From Amoebophrya sp. A120 (taxonomy: Eukaryota > Protista > Dinoflagellata): a DNA stretch of 64,000 nt. The DNA is taken from positions 3,800,265-3,864,264 of the forward strand of contig CAJINV010000007.1 of assembly GCA_905178155.1 (NCBI GenBank), read 5' to 3'. The first letter of the stretch is position 1. Each line of letters starts with the position of its first letter. Below are positions 51,701 through 61,548 of this stretch, piece by piece. The position numbers and the translations under genes were made by a program. The notes under the pieces are model-generated. The model had not been told where the DNA came from, made no database searches, and saw only the letters and a list, made by a program, of their open reading frames with translations.

Positions 51701-52183
51701 AGTTGCTCATCATCTTCCGGTAAGGGAGAAAATACTGTAAGTCAGAATCATGAACAAGATCCTTCTTCGTGCACGACGAAGTTCGCTTCTATGTACGCCT
51801 ATCGGGAGCAGCGAAGGGCGAATTTGGAACTGCCCGAGTCCCTCAACGCGAAGGTAGACCACGAACAGGACCCCATGCCAGAGGACGGTATGAGTGAAAA
51901 GGAGGCATCAACTCGAACTGCATTTTCGACCAAAACCTCGTCGTCCCCAGTCTCGAAAAAAGTCGGAAGAATTGTGAAGGAAAAGTGGTTTGCGATGCGG
52001 GACTTCATGGAGAAAAAAGACGTACATGAGCAGTACGTGGACGACTGCAAGTACTGGCGCGGCCAGTTTTTCGAGGAGGAGAAGTTTTTCAAAAACGTAC
52101 ACTGTCCGGAAGAAGAAGCCGAAGCTTCTTCACAGCTGGACGAAAATGAAGATGAATTATTGAAGAGGACGGATACGGAATGA
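48758..52183 (+). CDS. Gamma-glutamylcyclotransferase (AIG2-like) protein with long low-complexity inserts; start uncertain
   Basis: IFVYGTL..VLEALL.RVP, QPYPGVV, then IPGFVMENLSEEELALLDYFE..EYERV and MYAY. Confidence 0.8.
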   Translation: MNVIHEMQARNRSTRTGSRTSFVLCRFFGSTTRIPISSGDNETRRRFTRRRSSGSATVSGVEESASAASGSPRSSVRGFLGTGCAEDAFVAEAPDGGAGADAEGKNKCDELLSDENLIVTTPPQYEHEEQYHHVGLCPVGTDKHEADDTTGDVNPPAVASPISKPILFAATETCDDGSCTRTNAPKTDETEPAGSGHKKDARATAPVTVTVPSPEESAIGLKSGMGMREAESEGSQMHVDCNATRENESSMIAAAASPPTDELTSSKPLCEDALPLKRDDGSPALKSFSPPEQQMTQTRPGTETAEALLAHQPTKISSSCKDTNGVDRDASGNSNSPLQMNLVPGSACKGAASRPDHSTTKDGTNEAEDQDEEEDALPVKKAAKTTASGSTTGPTTTSTIFVYGTLQSVLVLEALLSRVPKRKPAVLVGQNFEGPFFVREQPYPGVVVTRSAESSCNGVSKTRGPVACGGQHFSSSTTSPRAGKSPPAVTQQKKQDSALKHFGAVLAAEPVHFPPGTPVSSPGGRSRGLNLNMDDNETTLSTSVVKKPASSSSSSLTNPAAENYNTCSYVYSNSTSSTPARPKCSGIAGAASTSTRAPEREPAAEQAPPADPVPYPSSRSWWYLPIGYGADSGSGSGVASSSIGKKKTGEGDGGDREASAGLGFVEENIDHSPSPSKHQTEQHPGGVAPPSSFSLAEQLQRFVGGCCTGRQKEFPHNLFSGEYYHKLHQDGRRRDMGGNAMQPRMNPMKRGNRGTSCKRGHKQAAGPAGSFLTQEDAEEIFEKILHAQAENGPGLYVFPDMKDCRVGGFRFSTDQDNVYTGNEGGASGSSVAAAGILSRNTNLAPDDDPFLVRDCAANDHVGENYGREHESDINTGVPDNHNSWWLGQQLQFVSEFFKFILARDNVESQQSTLGSTTNHDQLETAPAKERVLNLIPGFVMENLSEEELALLDYFEDEDEYERVALPIIASGAGCEDYSGDNSCSSSSGKGENTVSQNHEQDPSSCTTKFASMYAYREQRRANLELPESLNAKVDHEQDPMPEDGMSEKEASTRTAFSTKTSSSPVSKKVGRIVKEKWFAMRDFMEKKDVHEQYVDDCKYWRGQFFEEEKFFKNVHCPEEEAEASSQLDENEDELLKRTDTE

Positions 52184-53252
52184 ATTACGCCATTGTCCGG
52201 CCAAAGCCATCAAACTAATGAACTTGCTGACGAGTTATCTGGTCGCAGTCGCAGTTGCAGGGAACTGATGAAAGTAATATTGAACATCACCAGAGGAGCG
52301 AATCTGACTGAAATACTGTAGAATCGGCGAGACGACATGAACTAGAGCGTAGCCTTGAGCGGATTTTATATTGTCCACAAAAGTAGTACAAGTACAGAAA
52401 GCGGTGCAGTTTTGACAACTTTGCGCTTTTTCTGCTTTTTGCGAAACCATCGTCAAAATTTATTTCTTGATATCGCGATGCGTATGTGATGAATCATAAG
52501 GGTGAACGAGCGTGATTTGTCAGTAGTGTTTCTGTGTTGATGCTGGTGTCGTACCAGCTATTCGCCCGCTGTGTACTGTAAGCCCAAGGAGTTGTTCTCT
52601 TGGTCCTTTCTTGCGATAGTGCTCATCAAGTAGGTCAACGTCATTGTCGAGCTCATTATCATGGACGGGAGATCAAAGCCGATGGAAATACCAGCCGCGA
52701 TCGAGACCGAGATAGAAATATTCCCCGATCTTGACAGACTTCCGAGCACGATCGCGATCATGGGGATGTTCTGCATTAAAATGCGTGTTGCATTCAAGTT
52801 CTAGATCATCATCATGTTGTGTAGGTCGCAAAAAGATCTACGAACATGGATCATAAAGAGAACGATGGACAAAAGACACACGAGAGCACCTTGTGAAGAT
52901 CAGATTCCTAGTGTGCTGTAGGATCGTTCATATGTAACAGTTCGAAGAACTCAACTCTCCACCTGTGGTGCCGCATGTAGTTTAACACGACCGAGCTTCA
53001 TCTTCATAACCCAGGCGACCGATGAGGATCATTGCGACGACAATTCCATGACACATCCATAAAGAAGGTGCTAATCATGGTAGTAGTGCTAGTATGAAAA
53101 TATGTCCTTCTTCTACTGCTCGGCTGTACTATCTTGAGCGGCATAGAAATCTTGCGAACGAACACTAAGGTCATCCCGTAGTACATCACCTCACCTACAA
53201 TTGAAAAGGAGCAAAGTCTTCTGTTTTTCCCTAGGACAGTACGCAAAATATC

Positions 53253-56200
53253 ATGTCCGCATCAAGTGGCGCGCTCGCGCAGCTGCAACAGCTGGACGTG
53301 AGCACCGCCGCTGCCCGCGACCTGGTGTTTCACCTTCAAACCACGGCGAAAAAGATTGACCCAACGAATCCGGCCCAAAGTCGAGCTTTTCTGGAAGCGC
53401 TGAAACGCTTGCTCACCGGCTTGAAATGGCACCTGGAGCAGGAGAACGGCGTCTGGTCCAGGCAGCTGACCCAGATTTGGTGGAGCCTGGCAGCGCTAGC
53501 GGCGGTGCCCGATTTCGGCTCAGTTCTTAAGGCGGAGTTGCAGGCACTTTTACAAAGAGACGTCGGCGGCGAAAAATGTAGTGGCCCTCTCGTGCAAGCG
53601 ACGCTGTACCAAATCGGGAGTTTCGCAACAGACGCGATGGGTGTGTCTTTGGTGCTGTGGAGTGTGTCAAAATTGATCGACTTTTTCCCCGCCCCCGCGG
53701 GAAGCAGAGAAGCGTCTAATCATGTCCAGATGAAAGGCCGCGAGAATCCAACGGACGCATTGATCAAGCCGTTCCTGTTGCTTGTCGCAGAGAGTGATGG
53801 AACAGGGCAGCACAGCTTGGTCATCAATTTTCAAGACACAGCGAATGCCCTGTCCGCACTGGCGAAGCTCCATGATGCGCGGAATGCGACGAGGACTTCG
53901 ACTTCATCGACGTGGTCCAACCCTGTTGTAGGAGACGCCGACGACAACTCTGCTGGAACTGCGTCTTCTGAAGCTTGTTTGACTTCTACACACCACAACC
54001 ACGATGAGATGACTCGTCTTTACCGGTCCGCCGCGGCCGCGTTTCTGAATGCAGCAGTTGCTGCATTGGGCGGCGGCACTGGGAAAAAAGGGAAAGGGAA
54101 GGCGGTCAAGGGAAAATGCAAGAATCAGAAAGGTGGAAATGCCGGGAATAAAAGCGGCAAGGGGAACAGTAAGGGTGGAAAAGATGGTAGTGCCATCAGT
54201 GCTGGCCCTTCGAAGCAGATTCAGCCGGTGGAGATAGCTACGATTCTGTGGGCGTCTTTTGTGAGCTTGAGGCTGCAGGTGAAAAATCAAGTTCGCGAAC
54301 TGTTGTGGACGAAGGCCCACGAGCTAGTCGCGCAAATGGAGCTGTCGCAAATTGCGATGTTGCTCCAAGCACTGACGGTCGGCGTGGAAGGTCCTGGAAC
54401 AACCAACGGCGCTGCGTGTTCAAGAATAATGGAACAGGGAACCAACAGCAACAAAGCTGCCTCGTTGGAGCGCTCCACCACTGTAATCGGCCCTCGGATT
54501 ACGGAGTTGCTAGGAAAGAAAGCGCAAACACCTTTCTCTTGGTCCTTTATCACTGTTTTGCGGTGCTGGGAGAGGATCGTCGCAGAACAAAGGGGAAAAA
54601 ACGAGAAGAAATCTTCAGAAGGTGCAGATCATTGCTGCGCAGTCTGGAGCACAATCCTCGACTTTGGCGCCGAGAAGGCCCGCGGGGGCAAGTTTTTCTC
54701 GCCCCGCGACATCGCGGAGCTGAGCAGTGTGAGACTCGACTCCTCTGGTGACATGTGGCCGACACACGGTCGTGGGAACGAAAATAGCAAGGAGCGCGCT
54801 CTCATAGACGCCTTGGAAAAAGCGTGGTTTGCGAAGCTGGATGAGAAAACTGAGAGCAGCACTTGCAGGAATTTTTTCTCCAGAACCCTCTCCGGGTTTC
54901 TCCAGGTGCGACAGGTTATCTCCCCCACTTCTTTGCCCGAGTTCGAGAAGAAACTGCGCCGGTACTGCGAAGGCGTCGTGAGGACAGCGAAAACAGGTCA
55001 TGAGGTTGCCGCCAGCAAAGGCGCACGTGATCAGATGATGTTGATTCCAGACATTCTGCAAAGTTTCGCAACAGTGTCCACCACGAAGCAGCAAGTGATT
55101 TCAGAGAAGCTCCAGGCGAGTTTGCTCAAGACCCTGACGGAAAACGTGAATGTCAGCATCGATGTCGCAGAAAACGCAAACGTCAACGAGTGGAAAGATA
55201 CTTGTGAAGCCGTCTGCAAAACGCTGTACGCGGTGGCAAAGCTGAGCCGTGGTCGGGCGCGGAATGCCTTCAGCCTGAAGGTTTTTGGTGCAGTGGTGCG
55301 GTTTCTGGAGAGAGTCGAAGCTTCAAGACTGTTCACGTTGTGTCTTAAAACAGCGACGGCCTCCTGTGGAAATGCGTCTCGCAGCACTCCACAACTTCGC
55401 ACCGACCGGCTCACAATCGGCATTTGGGCGCTGGGGGTTTTGAGTCAGCAATACCCGCTGAAAGTGGATCAGACTTGTCCTAACTTTTTCGACGCTTTAC
55501 TGAAAGAGTTGCGTGTGGTAAAGGTCAACACTTTGTTCGGCGCCGACCTCGCAAACAGCATTTGGGGGGTTGCGGCCCTGTCCTTGGGAGGAGTTGAAGA
55601 AGAGGAAATTGGAATTGCATCTGCGAAGGACGACGAAGACAATACTCCTGCGGCACAAGAGATGCAGACGCTTGCCGCTACAGGCGTCCAGGCGCACCTC
55701 GCGAAGGCCTTCTGTGCCAACCTGCACACCCTTTCCCCAGGTCAGTTCGCGTTCACACTTTTCAGCGTGGCCAAATTTGAGCTGAGTGCCGAAGTGAGGA
55801 ATCAGCTCGTGGTTGCGCTGACCGACACTGTTCTGAGAATGTCTACATCGTCTGATGCCGGAAGACATCAAACAAACGACGATCAGAAACGGGGCACAAC
55901 TTCTGCAAAGCCCTCCGCACAGCTTGCCCTGCGCAACTTCCCCTCCGAGTCGTCTGTTGGAATGATGCTTTCCGGGTTTGTGTCTGTGATATCTCCCTCC
56001 TCCTCGTCGGCGTCGCAAATAGGGGGAGTCGAAGGGAAAGCAAATGGCACGAACGTGGAAGGGCGAAATCTCACTGCACAGCTATCCATTGCACTTCGCA
56101 AATGTCTGGTGCCGGAACTGTTGCACATGTATAACAGTTCGTGCGATGTTGACATCCAGGAGGAGAAGGTCAGCGGAGAAAATCTTCCGGAGCAAGGTAT

Positions 56201-58448
56201 TACTTCCTCTCACACGACAAGCATATTAGCACCAGCATCGAGTTCCTCGTGGCAATTCCTAGCCCAGCTACGAGCCTTCTTGCAGCTCGTCTGCCTGGAG
56301 CCTCAAGAAAATGATGATGGGGTGAACGATGCGGAGGCATTGTCTGACTTGTCCGCGGCCCGGACCACTACGGTTGGAAACAATGTTCAGGATTTGGTAC
56401 ACCTTCTGGAGAACCGCTATGCAAAGATTGCCAACGACATGCAAAGCGCGGCTGTCGCTGCCGCGACTGGGTTTGCGAATGCCGTGGAGGGGAAGGTTTT
56501 GGCAACGAAGAAGCTGCAAGAGGTATTAAACCTAAAGGAGAACAAGACTGCCCGCCCTGTTGGTGATCATTTTGCTGTACTAGCGGTGAACCTGTCGTGC
56601 AAGAAGTTGGAGAAGATGTTCCGCCGGCAAACTGGGTTGAAGAAGAAGAATTTCAAAGTTGTGTCAAGGTTCTGTGCTTCTGAACCCGAACAACGTACGC
56701 CGGAAGGACCTGAACCACAACCAGCAGCGGAAAGAAATACCTGCACAACGAGGACGACCGTAAGAAAAATCACAACCGTGGCCGACGCCTCGGTAACGAA
56801 GTTCCTGGAGCAAGCCACCTCCGGCGCTAGCACCTCCGACGAAGCTTGTTCAGCCTCCTCCTCAGGAGCCAGTTGTTTCTCCTCGCCACCGAGGCTTATT
56901 ATCGTCGAAGCCAGCACCAACCGGGAGGCGACGAGCTTTTTGTTGCATAGTTTCGTCGAGGGGCAGCTGCTACAGACGCCTCGAGACCACGGAACGGATC
57001 GCGACACGGGAAGCGAAGTTGACGCCGAAGGAGAGTCCGAAAGTAGAGTAAAATCTGTCGATGTTCTACTCCTCGGCCGGGAGAATACGGGAATTTCCAC
57101 CACTTGGGTGCAGCATTTCCGCGAGCTGGCCACGACAAATATATCTTCATCCACTCCGAACAAAGAAGCGTCGGCTTGTGATGCAACGTCACGTATTAAT
57201 GAAGAACCTTGTTCCTGTTCGTGGAGTTTGAAAGCCGTCTACAGCCTGACACCGCCTGCGGACGATCGTGGTTGCAACGATGTCGCAAATACTGGCGGGG
57301 CGATTCTCCACCTGCAATGTTCATTCACGAGAAAAACAAGTGCCAAGGAAAATCTTGTCCGCAGCACGCAGACGCGCAACATTTTAAAGCCAACCTCCGT
57401 CCTCGGAGTCCAGACTGAGTTGCAGAAGGTGCTCGCGTTCTTGCCGGATCAAAATACAACTGCGGCTGGTGGCGCCACGTCTTCAAAAGCAGCTCCGAAA
57501 GAAAAGTGGTACGTCTACCCGGGTCTCTTCGCCGGTGGCACTGTTGACAAGATGACGGCTTACTTGCTGCAAGTGGTGAGCAAAAACTTCGACACGATGA
57601 GGAATTTCGACTGCAAAACTCCGAGGACCTCGCCATTCGAGATCCTAGACTTCTGCTCCGGGTCTGGTGTGTTGGCCCGTGGGGTGCTGGATTGGATCAA
57701 CGTCAACCATAAAAGAAAGAAAGCGCCACTCGCAGTCGAACTCGATCTGCTCGACAACGACGCCCTGGCCCTTCTCGCAGCAAAGAAAAACGTCCCCGAG
57801 AGCCGGAGTTTTTACCTGTCGAATTGCTTCAAAACACTCCTACTAGATAGTGCTGACAGCGAACAACAGGAACTACAAGCTAGTGCACCAGCTGCTGCGG
57901 CAAGAGCGGAAACTACGGTAAGAACACACGTGACGTACGACCTGATCCTATCCAACCCGCCCGTCCACGATGGGACCAACGCCGATTGCTTCTCCGTTGT
58001 GGAGGATCTGCTGGGGAAGGCGGAGAGGTTTCTGAAAACCAACGGTGAGCTCTGGTTGGTCGCACAGAACTACATTCCTGTCGGCTGTATGTTCGACAAA
58101 GTGAGGAGCGCCGCGGTGATGTCGAACAAGAGCAAAACTACGAACAAGATGAACGAGCAAAAATCATTTTCGTCCCTGCAATGTGTCAAATTGTACACGA
58201 ATGGCCGGTTCTCCGTGTGGAGGTTCGCAAAAACTTCTACGGGAATTCGTGTCTGTGAAGAGGGGGCAGAATCAAGAACATCCCGAAGGATAACAGGTGG
58301 CGGCGCAGAACAAAGACAAAGAACTAAGACGACCAAGAGGCATCGGAAACGAAGCAGTGAGCATCAAGATGAGTCTCCTCAGCATGCAGTCGCAGGCACG
58401 CCAGACACCGAGGAGCCTGTAAAGAAGAAAAAGAAGCAGAAGATGTAG
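53253..58448 (+). CDS. Helical-repeat (OPR/HPR-like) protein fused to RsmC/MTS-type SAM methyltransferase
   Basis: PGLFAGGTVDKMTAYLL, ILDFCSGSGVL, DNDALAL, YDLILSNPPVHDG, LKTNGELWLVA. N-terminal repeats such as QDTANALSALAKL, LANSIWGVAAL, QFAFTLFSVAKF. Confidence 0.82.
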   Translation: MSASSGALAQLQQLDVSTAAARDLVFHLQTTAKKIDPTNPAQSRAFLEALKRLLTGLKWHLEQENGVWSRQLTQIWWSLAALAAVPDFGSVLKAELQALLQRDVGGEKCSGPLVQATLYQIGSFATDAMGVSLVLWSVSKLIDFFPAPAGSREASNHVQMKGRENPTDALIKPFLLLVAESDGTGQHSLVINFQDTANALSALAKLHDARNATRTSTSSTWSNPVVGDADDNSAGTASSEACLTSTHHNHDEMTRLYRSAAAAFLNAAVAALGGGTGKKGKGKAVKGKCKNQKGGNAGNKSGKGNSKGGKDGSAISAGPSKQIQPVEIATILWASFVSLRLQVKNQVRELLWTKAHELVAQMELSQIAMLLQALTVGVEGPGTTNGAACSRIMEQGTNSNKAASLERSTTVIGPRITELLGKKAQTPFSWSFITVLRCWERIVAEQRGKNEKKSSEGADHCCAVWSTILDFGAEKARGGKFFSPRDIAELSSVRLDSSGDMWPTHGRGNENSKERALIDALEKAWFAKLDEKTESSTCRNFFSRTLSGFLQVRQVISPTSLPEFEKKLRRYCEGVVRTAKTGHEVAASKGARDQMMLIPDILQSFATVSTTKQQVISEKLQASLLKTLTENVNVSIDVAENANVNEWKDTCEAVCKTLYAVAKLSRGRARNAFSLKVFGAVVRFLERVEASRLFTLCLKTATASCGNASRSTPQLRTDRLTIGIWALGVLSQQYPLKVDQTCPNFFDALLKELRVVKVNTLFGADLANSIWGVAALSLGGVEEEEIGIASAKDDEDNTPAAQEMQTLAATGVQAHLAKAFCANLHTLSPGQFAFTLFSVAKFELSAEVRNQLVVALTDTVLRMSTSSDAGRHQTNDDQKRGTTSAKPSAQLALRNFPSESSVGMMLSGFVSVISPSSSSASQIGGVEGKANGTNVEGRNLTAQLSIALRKCLVPELLHMYNSSCDVDIQEEKVSGENLPEQGITSSHTTSILAPASSSSWQFLAQLRAFLQLVCLEPQENDDGVNDAEALSDLSAARTTTVGNNVQDLVHLLENRYAKIANDMQSAAVAAATGFANAVEGKVLATKKLQEVLNLKENKTARPVGDHFAVLAVNLSCKKLEKMFRRQTGLKKKNFKVVSRFCASEPEQRTPEGPEPQPAAERNTCTTRTTVRKITTVADASVTKFLEQATSGASTSDEACSASSSGASCFSSPPRLIIVEASTNREATSFLLHSFVEGQLLQTPRDHGTDRDTGSEVDAEGESESRVKSVDVLLLGRENTGISTTWVQHFRELATTNISSSTPNKEASACDATSRINEEPCSCSWSLKAVYSLTPPADDRGCNDVANTGGAILHLQCSFTRKTSAKENLVRSTQTRNILKPTSVLGVQTELQKVLAFLPDQNTTAAGGATSSKAAPKEKWYVYPGLFAGGTVDKMTAYLLQVVSKNFDTMRNFDCKTPRTSPFEILDFCSGSGVLARGVLDWINVNHKRKKAPLAVELDLLDNDALALLAAKKNVPESRSFYLSNCFKTLLLDSADSEQQELQASAPAAAARAETTVRTHVTYDLILSNPPVHDGTNADCFSVVEDLLGKAERFLKTNGELWLVAQNYIPVGCMFDKVRSAAVMSNKSKTTNKMNEQKSFSSLQCVKLYTNGRFSVWRFAKTSTGIRVCEEGAESRTSRRITGGGAEQRQRTKTTKRHRKRSSEHQDESPQHAVAGTPDTEEPVKKKKKQKM

Positions 58449-59064
58449 ATCATGGTTCCTCCGCGTAAAACAGGAAAAATAAAAAATGGCTTATTGATTA
58501 ACGAAGACCATCGCAGTTGGTTGCGCGAACATATTTTTCGAACCTACTTGCTGTTTGCTCAGTCATGGCGACACTGGTGAAGAATGCACTCGTGCAGGGA
58601 GGTTTACGCTTGCTCCACTAAATCAAAATCTGTCGCCGAGAAAACAATGTGTTCCTGAAGTTCCAGCAACGGTCGCCGGCACAGTTTTTCCAACTATGAA
58701 TTTTCTTGTTATTGGATCCCGGCAGATCAAGCACAAGCCTCATTATTTCTTTTCAGGTCTAGAACCGATCATACTCTTTCTTAGCCGGATATTTACTAGT
58801 TTCATGATTTGAATTTGTTTTTTTGCAACGAAAATTTGAACAGGGTATTGCCGGCTATGGGTCGGCAAGTACATCCTTGAGTATCGCTTTCATCGCGTTG
58901 TTGGTCGTGCCTTCAAGTTTTCACATAGCGGCTTCGGTTAGCGAGTGTATCCCAGACCCACGCTTCCACTGGTGAAGAAGTTGGTTAGTGACAAGATCGT
59001 CACATGCTATGTATACGCTTAGATACATTTTTGAAATATACAAACACCGAAGTAAAATAAAACT

Positions 59065-60813
59065 ATGAGCGCCCATAAACGCCCGCAAAACAACGCCGCC
59101 AGTAGCAGTTCGTCGGCACAAAACCAGGACCCGTACCAAGCCCTGAGTCTTCCCTACCATGCGGATGAGAAGCAAATTCGGCAGCGATTCAAGGAGCTCG
59201 CGAAATCGAAGCACCCGGACAAAGGTGGGAGCAAGGAGGAGTTTCAAAAAATTCTGGCCGCGTACGAACTGCTGCAGGATGAGGAGAAGCGAAAAGAATT
59301 TCACTTCAAACGCGCGGAAGACCCGTACCGAGCGGCGGCGGGAAATTTTTATGGCGGTAGTCACAACAAGGACAACTCGCGAAGAGCCTACAAATCTGGG
59401 TTTGACGACCACAGCGGCAGCGAGGGAGAGGATTTTGATTACGGGCACCACGGCAAACAACATCACGATGACCTCGGTCCGACCCCGCCCGGCTCGCCGA
59501 CCTTCGCGAATGCGCCGATGTTTGGCAGCCGCAGCGAACGGCAAAAGGAGGAGGAGTTTCAGGGACACTACGACGACTATTTGAAACGCATGAAAAAGAG
59601 GAAGAAAAGGAGAAAGCAGAAACTCGACTCGTCCGATTCGGAGCGGGATGAAGAATACCACTACGGGTACCGAGAGAGGCGCAAGAACAGTAGGGATAGA
59701 GGACGAGGAAGAAGATCGAGGTCTCCCTCCTCGTCGCCGGACGGCGCTTCATCCTCGTCCAGACGGCGTGGTGAACATCAAACGCGAACAAACACAACAA
59801 ACAGGATCACGGAGAAAAGCAGCAAGCAAGAAGAGGAGGACGACCACGCGGCACAGGAAGCCATGCGGAAAGAACTGGAACGGAGGGAGAAGCAAAGAAA
59901 AGAGTATCTCGCGACGGCAAAAAGAACCGCAGCTACTGGGAAGCTGCAGCACACAAACGGCCACACTGAAGATGAAACGGGAGCAACGCCTGCGAGTGCT
60001 TCGTCCTACTTCTCTGAAGGACGAGCAGGGACTTCTGCAGCTTCGCCTTCGTCGGCGTTTCATGTTGGGAACAATTTTAGCAGCAGAAGCGACGGTGCAT
60101 TATTCCCTACGATAATTCCCGCGGCACACACCGATACCGCGCCGAAGGCCATTTACGTCAAAGTGAAGATGCGAAGTGATTTAGCACTTACCGCATGGCT
60201 TGATGCGATGCGAGACTTCGGAGCCTTGCCTATCGTGCTGGACGGTGGCACCGGCGGCATGGGGAGAATCACTGCTGGGGTAGAAGAGCTGCAAGAAAAC
60301 GAACAAGTACTGGAACCCGGGGCGTTTTCTAGTGGAAGGACAGCAGCAGCAGGAGAAAACAAGACTAGTTCATCATCCTCGACCCGCCAAGAAATGACCA
60401 TCATGAAGGCGACTCACGACTACTATTGCGGATTCAAGTCGATTGGTAACGCTTGGCAAATCGCCATTACGTTTCACCACTGGGAAATGGAGTCGAAATC
60501 TGAAGAGAAGCAGCGCAAGGTTTTTTCCGCTATTTCCCTGCTCACGTCTCCCTCTTTTCCGCCAGGTAAGCGGTTTGAGGAAGAAAGAAGAGCGTTGTAC
60601 GAAACGGAATTGACTCTGGTCGTGACAAAGAAGAAACTAGAGGTCTTAGCGCCCGCGAAAATAGAGATCGCGAAAAGAACGAGATTTAATTTGAGTACAA
60701 ATTCTGAAAAAGATGACGTCCATATGCTCGCACAGCCTGGAGTTGTTGGGCTTCAGATGGGAAAAACATTTTTCATTGACGAGTTCGGCGTTGGGCGACT
60801 GGTCAACTGCTGA
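59065..60813 (+). CDS. DnaJ (J-domain) protein
   Basis: DPYQALSL..IRQRFKELAKSKHPDKGGS.EEFQKILAAYELL, followed by an RS-rich linker. Confidence 0.9.
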   Translation: MSAHKRPQNNAASSSSSAQNQDPYQALSLPYHADEKQIRQRFKELAKSKHPDKGGSKEEFQKILAAYELLQDEEKRKEFHFKRAEDPYRAAAGNFYGGSHNKDNSRRAYKSGFDDHSGSEGEDFDYGHHGKQHHDDLGPTPPGSPTFANAPMFGSRSERQKEEEFQGHYDDYLKRMKKRKKRRKQKLDSSDSERDEEYHYGYRERRKNSRDRGRGRRSRSPSSSPDGASSSSRRRGEHQTRTNTTNRITEKSSKQEEEDDHAAQEAMRKELERREKQRKEYLATAKRTAATGKLQHTNGHTEDETGATPASASSYFSEGRAGTSAASPSSAFHVGNNFSSRSDGALFPTIIPAAHTDTAPKAIYVKVKMRSDLALTAWLDAMRDFGALPIVLDGGTGGMGRITAGVEELQENEQVLEPGAFSSGRTAAAGENKTSSSSSTRQEMTIMKATHDYYCGFKSIGNAWQIAITFHHWEMESKSEEKQRKVFSAISLLTSPSFPPGKRFEEERRALYETELTLVVTKKKLEVLAPAKIEIAKRTRFNLSTNSEKDDVHMLAQPGVVGLQMGKTFFIDEFGVGRLVNC

Positions 60814-61548
60814 ATTTACTTATCTTGGATAGAACCAAGTAAAAAAGGTGGTTGTGTTCGCCTGTTTCTGGTAAAAGATACAGTGCCATGATTGCAACGC
60901 GAAGGCGTAGTCCTCGGTACTATGTATAATTGTTTGAGTTTTGATTTAGACATCGAGATCTACTCCGATAAGATGAAGAATTTTCAACTCTCGAATACAA
61001 ACCTACCACTCTTATTCTTGATCATTGATACTAAAAAGCATGTTTTCTTTATTTCAGCCTGCTAATATCGGTTTTGAAGGACGAACTGCAGCTGACAGCG
61101 CATTCCATCGGTTGACTTCCATCCGCCATCGGTGTTACGTTGTATGTTGTGATTTTGTGCCCACTCTACCGGCAGCTTATCTTGTATCTGGATGATATGC
61201 CCAGAAATTGTTTGCCGACGGCGGCGCGAGGTGAATATTTATGAGCGATGCACAGCGGTTTTCTGTTGTGGACGTGGAGGCGGGGGCTCTTGTACTGACC
61301 AAGCAGCAAAAAAATGGCACACGATACAGAAGTACATGTCGGTGAGTCAATGGCTGAGTCGTAGAGTTGGCTTCAGAGTTATTTTGGTGAACAAACATAA
61401 GCAGGACACCATGCCCGTCGCCGTGCATATAGCGGGAAAAGTAGCAGTCACAGTAGATTAAGTTTTCAAGGGTTAAGTTACTATCCTTTACATTCATAGG
61501 TAATTCTCCATTTGACGAGGCAGCTGACATCCACGAGGCGAGACCAAG

